In this document: positions 11,301-23,066 of the stretch, piece by piece
Numbering within the stretch: the stretch's first letter is position 1
Layout of the letters: each line of letters opens with the position of its first letter
From: Trichinella spiralis
Taxonomy: Eukaryota
Direction: 5' to 3'
Assembly (NCBI RefSeq): GCF_000181795.1
Contig: NW_003526944.1
Coordinates: 3,065,584 to 3,129,583, forward strand
DNA: 64,000 nucleotides
Notes under the pieces: model-generated
Seen by the model: the letters and a program-made list of their open reading frames with translations, nothing else
The model's database searches: none
What the model was told of the DNA's origin: nothing
Translations under genes and position numbers: made by a program

Positions 11301-14300
11301 CGTCGTTTGAATGTCGTCTTTTTGTCATTTTTTACATCGTCCATCCTGAAACAGACCAATTGAACAATTATCCATCAACACCGATGACAGAAAGGTAGGC
11401 AATTATTTTTTTATTCGACTTCTTTTATGCTTTCATCATTGCATAGAATGTTTTTTTCTCCTTTTTCTTTATTGCTATTGTGCGTTGAAATTAAGTTGCA
11501 TGCGCGTTGTTTTTTGTCTTATCTTATTTTTAGTCACATTATATTTTCATCTGCGTAAAGCTGCCGCACTAGGTCGCTTAGTAATAGTTATCCAGTTGGT
11601 GAATTATTTATGTTCTGCAAGCGGAGGTACTGTTCACCGGAAGGGGAAAGGGTCCGGAAGAGGGGTGAATTAATGACCATTGCAAGGGGCAGCAGCTATT
11701 TCAAACATACATACACACACAAACACACACAATAGCCGACCGATTGATCGACCGCTCAGAATGTGGGAAACTTTCTGGCAACTTCATTGTCAGTCACACC
11801 TTCTTTCAGAAATGGACAATTTATCGATTCCAACCGACTAGGGCCGTATATAATATTCACACTGCTGAGCAAAGTTTGTTTCCTCTTTTGTGGATCTCTT
11901 GAAAATAAAATTTTTTCGACAGAGCTGCCAATCATATATGCAAATTGTCTTTGATTTTCAAGTTCCGATTTTATGTTCATTTAAATTTCACCTCTTCGGT
12001 CTGTGGTGCAGTTTTGTGAACATTCCTCAACATCATAGACTTATTTTATTGTTGTTGTTCTTCACCTAATAGATGGAATGAATGCTTTCTTGTTGTTTAA
12101 TTCATAATATTACACTTTCACCGTTACCACTTTTAAGAAGCGTTGGTGAAAATTATTCTCTTTCTTTGTTTCAAATCCAGTGAACTAGAACTTCATTTTA
12201 AATAATACTATTCAATTGGAAAATATTCCTTTAATTATTCTCAGCATTGCAAGTATGGGAATTTTCTGCCATTTATTCTACCGTTTGAAGTTGTTTGAAG
12301 CTTGCATTGAGAAGCCCTGAATTTTTCAAGAAACCATTCATTGATTCTGATTTTGAATAGGCTTTATATAAAATGTACGTAGTGATGTAGATGTATTTAT
12401 GGACAGTGTATGTAATTACTGAAGTGACTAATTGTATTTTATACTTTTTACTTGAGCATTTATTTTTTTGTGATTTATCTATTTATAGTGTTTATTTTTT
12501 CTTATAAAATACAAACATTGAAGTGAATTGTCGGCGAGCAAAACCCATTACTAAACTTAAATAGATATATGTAAATGTAAATGTTTTTCTTTGCGTTATG
12601 AAATTTCAAAATTTATTAAATTTCAATTTAAAAGCAATTATTCAAATATTCGTTACTTGAATTTCATAAATTGCAAATCGAAGACAAATCAGAAATTTTA
12701 ATTTGTACTATTTTGCTATCATCACTTAACATAATAGCAATTTACGCATATGCTTAATCTGAATTACATTCAATTTTTTGTTATATGTTATATATTTGTT
12801 ATATTATGTATTAATTATTTTATATATTTAAGAAAATTTTTGGCATGCAAATTAATTAATATAAAACTGTAATGTAATGGACTAATGAATTATTTCTTTT
12901 GACTTCTAATTTTATGATTTCGAAAGCGCACAATTAAAATGAATCATTCTTTGCTTGATTTATTGCTTCATAACTTTATTTTTATGCCTTATCAATATTT
13001 TAATAGAATTATTTTTGACACTTATTAAAAATAGTATCTATTATTTGTAGTTGATTATGGAGTTTTATACGCTTTTGTAGAATTAGCAGCATATTTTAAT
13101 ACTTACTTCTTTGTTAATAACTTCTTCTTGAAATATACGATATAATTATGATAGGTTGTGTGAATTTTCTTTCAAAAATTGTATCACATGTATGTAATAT
13201 TTTCAAAATGAGAAGAAAAATGAATCAATATGCTCTATTGCAGTGTGACAAGCACTGTGTTGTTCTTGTTGTGCCGTTGTAAATTATTTAAAATTTTAGC
13301 GGTGAATAGAATTCTGAGAAAAGTTTGAAAATAAAATGGGAGAATTGATTTAAAATTTAAAACAATACATTTGTGAAATGTGAAAAATCTTTTTTCTTTT
13401 CTTTCAATATTATAACAGCGAACTTATAAATAATGCAGTGTTTCTACTGAAGTTAAATTCAAATATGTCGACTTTGTTGAATACATGTGAAATATTTAAA
13501 AATGAAATTATTTAACTGTAATTTAGAAATACTTAATATTCACTATTATTGCTTCGATATGTTTAATATCATATGATCTGGAAATGCGTATATTTTTCAA
13601 TGTTCACTTCAAATGATGACCGTTTGTGTTTTTCTACTATTTTAAATTGAAAGTCATTATTAGTATTGTAAAATGTTTTTTTCCTACAAATTATCGGTAA
13701 TTTGAGAGATTGATTTATTTAATAAGTGTCAAATTTTTTGCATCATAATTATTCGAAGCATAATTTCGAGAACAAAAGTCACACACCAGTACGACTTGTG
13801 TGTTTTTTCACTGGACAAAAGATTCAACATAATGTCCATTTTTTCCACAACGACGGGTTGACTTTGCTTTGCTCGTTGTTAGCCGACTCGAGGAATGTAT
13901 TTTAAATACGTATTTTGAACGACGTTTGAACAGTTTTGCAATGGCTTGTTTGTTCTGTAACTTCCGGCTAGTTATTGCTTTTCATATGGTGAAATCCGCT
14001 TCCAAATTATACAATGAGTCATGTTTCAGTGCATGAATTGTTTGCAATTTTGTGTTTTTTCAATTTCTTCCTTTTATGTTTTTTCGGCTGACAAATAGTT
14101 GAAATTCCGAACCACACTTTGGGTTGGACGATCGATCCACTTGCAATAATAATGCATTCACTGTATTACATAAGACAATATGTTCGGTAGAGTGAGGCAG
14201 CTGAGGTGGTGTAATATTAAGCGAAGTTAAGCCGTGCATGGAAAAGTGAAGACGTGTTGTTTCCGTGCACTCACTCATTTTCTGCTCCCGTGACTCGGAG

Positions 14301-17300
14301 GCGCTCAGAAGATAAGACGCCAAATCGCCTGCAGGGATGAACTTGAAAATCAATAAGCACAAGCACCTCTTGGTGCGGTGATGACGTTGCTTTGCAATGA
14401 CAGCGTATTTACGGTGCGAATTAATTAATAAACTAAGAGACCAGAAAACAGCTTTCTCTTGCTGATTGCAACGACCTCTGAGACTGTTCTGTAGCTTTAT
14501 CAATGAGTTTTTTGTTTTCTTGAATTACGGTGCATTACGGTAGTTTCAAATTTGATCTTACTGTCATCAAGTTGAGCAACATGTTCGTTGGAAAATTTTT
14601 ATGCAAAATAATATGGAAGAAGAAAATTTTGAATTGAATTCAAAAAAAGAAATCAAACCAAACATTTTAAATTGAAATATTTTAATGTTGAGTTTGATTT
14701 ATAAAAAAGAAAAAAAGAGGAAATAAATTAAAAAAAAGAAAAATGCCGAACATTTTCCAATTTTGATGGAATAATTTCTGCTGATGCCGTCGCTGAATGT
14801 GCAGCAGCTTGGTTGGTTGGTTGGTGCACACAGTTGGGCAAAAAGCGTTTTGGCTATCTTTGGATGAAAACAAATATTCTCCTGGGCGACATCTGACCGC
14901 CGCAACGATAAACATTGGCATATATTGATCGGTCGGTTGGCGTGCCATTACCGAATTCAACTGACCTGACGGCGTTGGGGGAGAAATAAGGAAGCTGAAC
15001 GTTAAGCTTCGCTTCGCTACTTGAAAAGCCGCAGCGACTTCAACGCAGTCTGGTGGTGTCGACAAGGAGCTTGCATGCCGCGTAATTGTGAAATTCTAGC
15101 TTAACCAAACAAACGCGCAAGCCCGTCATTTACCATTATCATCATCATCATCATCATTATTATCATTATGATTATTGTTGTTGTTGTTATTATTAATGCT
15201 GGATGCGATATTTACATGGGCAACGAGAAGATTATGCTTTTATCATTTTTATTAAACCAGAGAAAAAAAGGCTTTATCAAACTGAGCCAATCATCCAACG
15301 TATAACATGGCAAAAACATTTCCACGCACAGTGTGATTTCCTTATTAATATAAATGAAATGATTCGCTATTCAAGAAATTTAAATATGACCAGTTTGATT
15401 GGAAATCTGTTTTAATTATGAGATGCAATATAAAAATTTGTTTCAACAATCTATATTATAAACATGCGTTGCTATTGTATTTCAGTGTAATGATAGTGGA
15501 GACTTTTTATTTAAATTTTTACTGTGAAAACGATCACATTAATGAGACGTTGATTTTATTTAATTCTATTCTACAGTATTCAGTTCCAGTGTTTAAGTTA
15601 TTTTTTCGTTATAATTTAGTTTTTTATGTTATTGTTGTTATTATTGTTCACTGCTTACCAGTAGAGGGTATCATTTTTTCGAGACGTTGGTGATGATTAA
15701 TTTTTAAGGCGGTTTTCAAATGATGAAAATAGAATCAAGTTGTTCTGATGAAATATTTGAAACAATTAATTCAGCGTTTCATAGTGCTTTCTGCCAAACT
15801 CCATACTTTGGAATATTGTCTTTTCTGAAAGTTCAGTGCCGATGGAAGTGTAGGAAGAGATTTTTTACCTTCGATTCGTAGATAAAGCTGAAAAGTGCTA
15901 TGCGAAATAGCAAATAGGCCCAGAGGAGTGGTATATAAATTGAAATTTGAGGAAAAAAATCCCACCCCCGATGCATTCGGTTTGATATAGAGGGGTAGCT
16001 GCATGGAAGTGCCTTAAGCGCAAGCTGTACTTTGGGCAATCGGTCTCACGGGTTGTCTATTACTGCTTCCCAAGGGTCAGTGGACCGCGATGGTGCCAAA
16101 TGACACCAAACCGACATTGACGAATCCGCTTGTCCCAGAGGCTAGTTGCTTGAAGATTGAGAATTTTCCGCACCGTCACTTCTATTAAGCGAACCATCTC
16201 CTTATTTTGGTTTCGTGCTGTCATTGCCGGATATTCGAATTGAAATTGCAATTATAACACCACGGTGGGCGTTATTTCACATGACTCTAGGCACGAGGAA
16301 CAATTACGTTCACTTGCATCTAAGTAGTTTGCATCTGGAAGTAAAATTTAAAAAAAAGTGCGTTTGCGGCTGCTATTTGATCGATTTTTTTACGTTTTAT
16401 TTACCTCCTTTACTAACCGTGGACAAATTTGCAACGACAAATTTGTGCCGTGCGTCCTCAGGCGACTAAATGGAATAGAAATGATGCAGGGTCTATAATT
16501 TGAAAATGCGATGATCACCGGTAACTACCAGTTCACCAGTGATGAATTGTCACTTGGTAATGTGATTTCATGGAAAATATTTTGCTTCGAGATTAAATTT
16601 TCACAATTCAATAAAATGTCACAGTTGATGATATCAACTTGCTTACCTGTGATAGTCGTACAGATTTCTCTTATCCACTCACAACAAATGGCCACTATTG
16701 TATTGAATAATGAGAATTTATCATGCAAATATGCTACTTTTCTGTTTAAGAAACAATCACATAAAATACTAACAACAAGCACAAGCGTGCTAATAAAATA
16801 AGTAAATATTTACATATTCTTATTGCTACTTATTGAAAATGATAATTTTATGTGGAGAAAAAGATCTTTTGAGCATTGTAATAAAAAAAGTTTGTGATGT
16901 TAGCGTTTTGACAATTTTGCAGCTTTATAATTGAGCCAAGCTTGAGTTGCTTGATCTTTTCAATAGATCTGTGTGTGATTGGCTGCTTGTTATTCTTTTT
17001 TCTATTTATTTATTGTCTTCCTTTGGTGCGAATGTTCTGTTTCAATTATGCGGTTCATTTCTAATTACAGTCCACCATTGGTGAGATTAATTTTTCTTCT
17101 TTTTTTTTATTCGAACAGAACAAAATTATCCATTGTCTCCGAGTCTCAGTTTGAAATGTACGCTAACGCTGCTGGGGGTGTTGAGCCATCATTTTGCAGG
17201 TTTTGCCCTGACCAAGCCGGGATTGTATTGATCGCTTTGTCGTAGACTTGGTTTCCCCCATTTCCCATAAAGAATTCGGCTATTGCGTCGGTTTGTCTGG

Positions 17301-19497
17301 GGATGCATGTCTACTGAAATGGCGTGAAAAGAATGAATTATTTATTCTGCATCTTTTACTTGCTCGAAACTGCTGGACGTTTGTTCAAAAAAAGCAAAGC
17401 ATATTTATTATGAACATTCACACAAAAAAATATATTCAAATAAGTGGTTCAACAGCATAAACAGAGAGCGTTGTTTTAATATTTCTTTTCACTGGTAAAA
17501 CATGCATATGAAATTAGATTGAATTAAGCTTGCTGAATTGAGAATTTTGAGGTTGAGGGTTTTGCATTTTTTTAACGAGTAAATTTACAGTGCTTTTGTT
17601 TTGCTTCAAAAATTTAGTTCCTAAAGATTTTGCACTCACATCTGCATAGAATACATTTTTTAAACAGTAATTTTAATATAACGGCAATACGAGATATGGC
17701 ATCTGTTTTCTTTTTTGCATACTTTGGAGAGATTTTCCATTTGTAAATATGGTAAATTGTGCAACATTTGAAAATTTTCCAGCGGAAGCTGTTTGGCATT
17801 GTACATATATGTATGTAATTGTTCCGTTTTTGAATAATTTTACACGCAATAACTTCTGTGCTATTCGTTTTTCGAGTAACGTTGCATTTTTGCACCATCG
17901 AAATTTGATTGAAACTTTCGGCACATTGGATGTTGAAATTTTTTTTCATCAAGTTGCTTTGGTTTATTTTTTATTAAAATTGTACTATAGGGAAAAGAGA
18001 ACTTTAACTAACTGGTAGCTTGTGGTGCAAAGCGGAAGCTTGTAAAATTATTTTACAATTTTGATGATTCATTTGTACACGATGAGACAATTTCGACATG
18101 CAAATCATCACCGATAGTGGTGATTTGTTTTATACTGTTTGCTGAATTTTCAAATTGGGCACAGTAGAGCGTGGAACCGTTTGAAAAATCATGACTAACT
18201 TGTAGTTTTTGGTTGAAAATTTAGTGTTTGATCATCTAATTGTAGCTTTCACGATAATCCAACGTTTACGTCATGTTTTGAAAATTGCATCCACCAGTGG
18301 AATTTATTTCTATTCTGATTCAGCAAATCAGAATTTGCTTTGAGAAAAAAAATATATGTATATTCAGTTGCCATATTTAGTTAAGTTGAAATGAGGAAGT
18401 GTAATTTTGTAGTTTTTGTATTTTGCATTATTGTAATTGGGATTGTGTTTGTTTGTCGTAGTATTTGGAATGATGTGAGAACGAGAGGGAGAGAGATTGC
18501 AGATGAATGCTATACATGAATCATGAGTAGAATGAAAAATTGAGCCCCTGTTTGACCAGTACCATTTATGCACGACCGACAACGGGGGAAGCTATTTATC
18601 ACCAGTCTGGCCGTTAGTTGGTATTACTCTAGCTGTTAGTTGCTTTGTTCGTCATGGTTGCGTGTGGCAGCAGCTTTGAAAAATATTCGTGCTTATTCTA
18701 CTGCTCTTTCTCTATTTCTCCTTCCCTCTTTCTCTCTCTCTCTTCAGTCGTCGTCATCGTTGTCGACGTCGCGTTCTGCTTGTCTCTTAGTGGCTTGCGG
18801 TTGGCCGGCCGGCCGGCTATCCGTCAGCAGAAACGGCTAATTGTTCTGCACTGTTGAACACGACGGCTAGTATTGATTCTGCTCCAGACCGACCGTCGTT
18901 TGTCCTTACTTGGCCTTGTCGCCATTGAGACTGCGTTTCGGGCCACCCCAACTGCAAGCAGTATATATTTCTCTTAATTTTTCAACATTTTTACCCTTCA
19001 TCTTCATCATTATCTTCTTCTTATTCTTTTATCCTGGAATACTAGATCTTGTTCAGCAGTATTGTTGCTTCCTTCTCACACACCATCTACATCAAATGTT
19101 CATCGCAGTACAACTCCTCTTATGAACAGTATATGATTTTTTTTCTCTTTATATTTCTAAGTTCATTACATTTACGTATATTCTCTGTTAAATCCATCAA
19201 CACAATGTATACTGTATATATGCAGGGTTACTTGTTTATTTGTTAAAAAAATTTGCATGTTTCACTTTTGTTACACAACTAAGTAACCACTGTACAAGAA
19301 TGTTGGTTGATGCATGTAATTGTGATGTAATCATTTGTTTAGTTTATTATTAGATTTTGATATTGAAAATGTTGCCTAATGAAATTAGAAATTGTTTTGA
19401 TACGCATCATGCTGATGTAAATTGTGAGGAAATAATTGTATTTTTTTTCATTGGTTAGAATTTTATTTAAAACAAAGTGAATGAATGTAAAGTGTAA

Positions 19498-19520
19498 TGT
19501 GTGTGTGTGTGTGTGTGTGT
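19498..19520. repeat. (TG)n microsatellite
   Basis: Read directly. Confidence 0.9.
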
Positions 19521-19922
19521 TCAAGCTTTGGGTGAGTTAGTTGTTGGTGAATCATGATTAGCTAAGATTCCAAATTCGAAAACAGCTAGTGCTAAATTGG
19601 TCATCCACGCGCACCAGGCAGTGCGTTGAACACACGCGAGACGCAGCTGCGGTCGGTCTCATCCGTGCTTTTCAAAGCAGGGAGCGAAAACTAGCGTACT
19701 GCCATATATGGGCAGACGCGTGCTTTGCGGCTGACAAACAAGCACAAAGTGCGGGTAGCGTTGGTCGGACTAATCCTTTGCATATATGGGCGTGAGGGAA
19801 AATCAATACTTTGCCACTAAGAGCTGCCGTGCTTAAATGGATAGGAAACGACCACGTTGGCAACAGCAGCTGCCGCGGCTACCGCCGAGGAAAATGGAGG
19901 AACTCAAACGAGCCACTATTGC

Positions 19923-19930
19923 TATATAAG
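19923..19930 (+). promoter_or_regulatory. Candidate TATA box of a ONECUT promoter
   Basis: TATATAAG within a GC-richer island (about 19590-20060). Downstream CAG|GT donor at 20468 could splice to the TTTTCAG acceptor at 23055, 11 nt before the ONECUT ATG. Confidence 0.4.
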
Positions 19931-21142
19931 AGACCGCCGACTGTCGCGCTGGCAAATCTTGCATGCGACTCACTGCAAATTGCCCAAGCTTACAACTACC
20001 AAGAACAATTAATCCAAAATTGGAACCGCTCTGTGTATGTAACTAGCTAACTATCCGTCTGTTCTGGTCGTTTTGTCAATCCTAGCTTTTCTGCTTTCTC
20101 ATTTTGAGTCTGCTTGTTCGACTGTTTGTTTACTTTCAATATTCATAAATTTCTATTCGTACATGCATATACATATGTGTGGTATTTATTTGTTTCTTCT
20201 TCTTCTCCTTATCTGCGTAATGGTTGATAAAAAAATTTAATTTTTTCTTTGTCCCTGAAAAATACAATCATCGTTCCATTGTTTATAAGTGTGACTGTCA
20301 GTGTGGACAACGTCGTGTGGGTGACGGTGTCTGCACCCCAAGGACGTGTTGCTCAATGGCGACGCATGTCGCGACCATCTGCCCTCTTCAGTGAAGCGGC
20401 TGCTTCAAGTCTGGGATCACCACCTGTTTCCTAGCCAAGTCGGCTTTTACAGAAGGACATATTCCAGGTTTATTTATTTATTTATTCATTTTTAAATTAC
20501 ATCAAATTAAATTTACCACTCCTTCATTCACAAAGTACTTTATTCAGTTTTGAATTAATTTAAAATCTAAATTACAAGAATTAACGCTCATCATTTACTT
20601 CGCTTTACAACAACATCACGAACACAACTGGACGGTAATTTTTAAAAATAAGTATTTCCTCTTATTTGGATAATTAGTTTCTTAATTATTTTTTAAATGG
20701 TGTATATTGTTTTACAAACAACGCTGAATTCCGTTTTTTTCTATTTAAATTGTATTTCACTATTTCAGTTGTTTACGTCGTACAGTGCTTTCAGTTTGCA
20801 CTAATTTTTTCAGTTTTTTTCTTTTTTTTTCCTTTTTGAATGCAACGTTATGTAGTGAAATTAAATAAGCTGAACGAAATGACCAATGGGTTTGCTTTTG
20901 TCTACATACGTTTCTTGTGATCAATGAATTTTTGTTTCATTTTGCCAACCTCAAGTCTTTCATTTATAGCAAATGATGCTGCGCTATACAGTATTCGGTA
21001 CACGAAGGTCTTATATTGTCTTCAATTTTAATTAACCACTCATTTTATTTGGTCTGCAGATTTCAAATCAGCTATATTATCATTGTTTGCATTATTCTCA
21101 TATAATCGCTTTGGAGAATTCAATATAAATATGCATGTATGA

Positions 21143-21145
<3 letters not shown>

Positions 21146-21177
<32 letters not shown>
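21146..21177. repeat. (AT)n microsatellite
   Basis: Read directly. Confidence 0.9.
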
Positions 21178-21180
<3 letters not shown>

Positions 21181-22805
21181 TCATACATGCTATATATATA
21201 TAGAAATTTTTTCTCAACTATTTTCATTAATCTTTTCACAGAATAACGAACGGACGAACGAATAGAAGCTGTTTTATACTTTTTGCACATTATTTCATTT
21301 GTTTTCATTGAAAACTTATATTCACGAGTGATAAATATCATACTGTGATGTTCTGTTGTTTGGTAAAGAAGTATTTATTTTTATTTGAATTTATAAACTC
21401 TATTTCATCTTTCTTTTTGTTATTACAATTATTCATTTATTGAATTCTTTTAATTATCATTAATGTTTATTTTATTTATGAAATGTTTTGCTTAATGTTA
21501 ATTATTATCATTATCAAGTTCAATAAACATGATGAAAAATCAGGGAATTATTATTCAATTTATTTTTAAGTAAGTTTCAAGATTAATTTTCCACTACGAA
21601 CAAATGTTATATAACATCCGGATAAGTTTTCTCGAAAATGTCTCCGAAGCACCACTATTTGCGGTATGAATTTAAGCTTAGCGCGCGTAACTAAGCTTTT
21701 TCTCTGTTAACGTGACTGAAAGCAGAACAGCTAGTGTTAGCAATGATGAGATGATACAAATTAGTGTCGCAGTTGCATTTTTTGTCGGTGTTGTTAAGAC
21801 AACCGATGACATATCAGAGTGAAAAGCTGGTGGTGTGTAGTTTGTTTATTATGAGGAAAGGTTTTTTCGTTTCTCGTTTTGTTCAAACGAATAAAGCTTC
21901 TCCCATAATACACCGTATCCACTTGAATACTTTGAAAAATTGCTAATTTTTCCATTTCTTGATATTTAATTATTTTTGCTTCAAACGGACACCATGGATC
22001 TGTCTTATACTATTTGTGTAGCGTTTATTCGGTGATTTTTCTGCTTTGTCATATCAGTAACCCATACCGCAGTGTGTGCAGATGGGAGATGAAAGCAGCA
22101 GCAGCGTTGGTTTACACGAACAAGCTGATTTGTAAGTAAATCCCTTTTTGTCTTAGCAAAATAAGACGACCGGATGACCGGAGGGTTGAGGTGACCTTCG
22201 CTTGCATCTGTCGTTGTTGAAACGTGGCAATAATTATTGAAATGGAAATGCACAAGCAACTCTAGTTGATGTTCGTCCCCGGTGATCGTGAATCTTCTGC
22301 CTTTTTTCAGAATTCTACATTCATCATTACCCGTAGTAGTAGTGGATTTGGATTTTAATTATCTTATTCATCTTATTATTTATTATTCTCGATGTTATGG
22401 ATGTGAAGTGCGAACGCACGTCTTTCTTGTTATTTTCAAAAGTGAAACTTTGTCCTTTCTCTTTGTATTCACTGCCAACGCATGATGAAGTCGAGTAGTT
22501 CGACGACGAATGCGACACTTGCGGTTGGTTCTTTTGCAAATAATAAATGCTCCTGTTCTGATGCTCGGATACGTCGGGTATTTTTCACGTCGACGTATTT
22601 TCAACGTGGGCTCCAATTTTGGTCAATCGATCGAACCAACAACGTTAGTGCGCCAGATGTTCTGACCAATCACTCGCGCTCAGGGACCTCGTGCAAGCGG
22701 TGATCACCGTTTGATTGTCACTAGATGGCGCTTTTAATTTAGTTCCATCCACGAATTGCCTCTTTTCTGCTTCTCTGATTCGCACGATATTTATGCGTGT
22801 AAAAT

Positions 22806-22918
22806 GTCTGTGTGTCTGTCTGTTTGTCTCTCTGTCTCTCTCTCTCTCTCTCTTTCTGTGTGTGTATCTATGCGAATGTCTGTCTGCATTGGTGTGCGTG
22901 TGCGTGTTTGCGCGTCGT
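22806..22918. repeat. Compound (TC)n/(TG)n low-complexity tract upstream of the ONECUT coding exon
   Basis: TCTC run at about 22827-22852 flanked by degenerate TGTG/TGCG units. Confidence 0.8.
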
Positions 22919-23066
22919 GTACACCGCCTTTTACACATGAGAAATTTTCTCAATCGTGAACACTGACATTCTGTAATAGCTTTAACTCATTGATAAACCG
23001 TTGACTTGTTTGAAAAGTGCTTCTCTTTCAAATAAATACATTCTTCATTTTTCAGCTTTAAATTAC

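Noticed and set aside
12279..12300. 22-mer TACCGTTTGAAGTTGTTTGAAG, reminiscent from memory of clade I spliced-leader exons
   Set aside because: Followed by CTT rather than a GT donor; it is also just a short TTTGAAG direct repeat.
22329..22350. TACCCGTAG (miR-51/100-family seed); also TAATACTGT at 8861 and TGAGCAAAG at 11866
   Set aside because: No complementary arm nearby to form a pre-miRNA.
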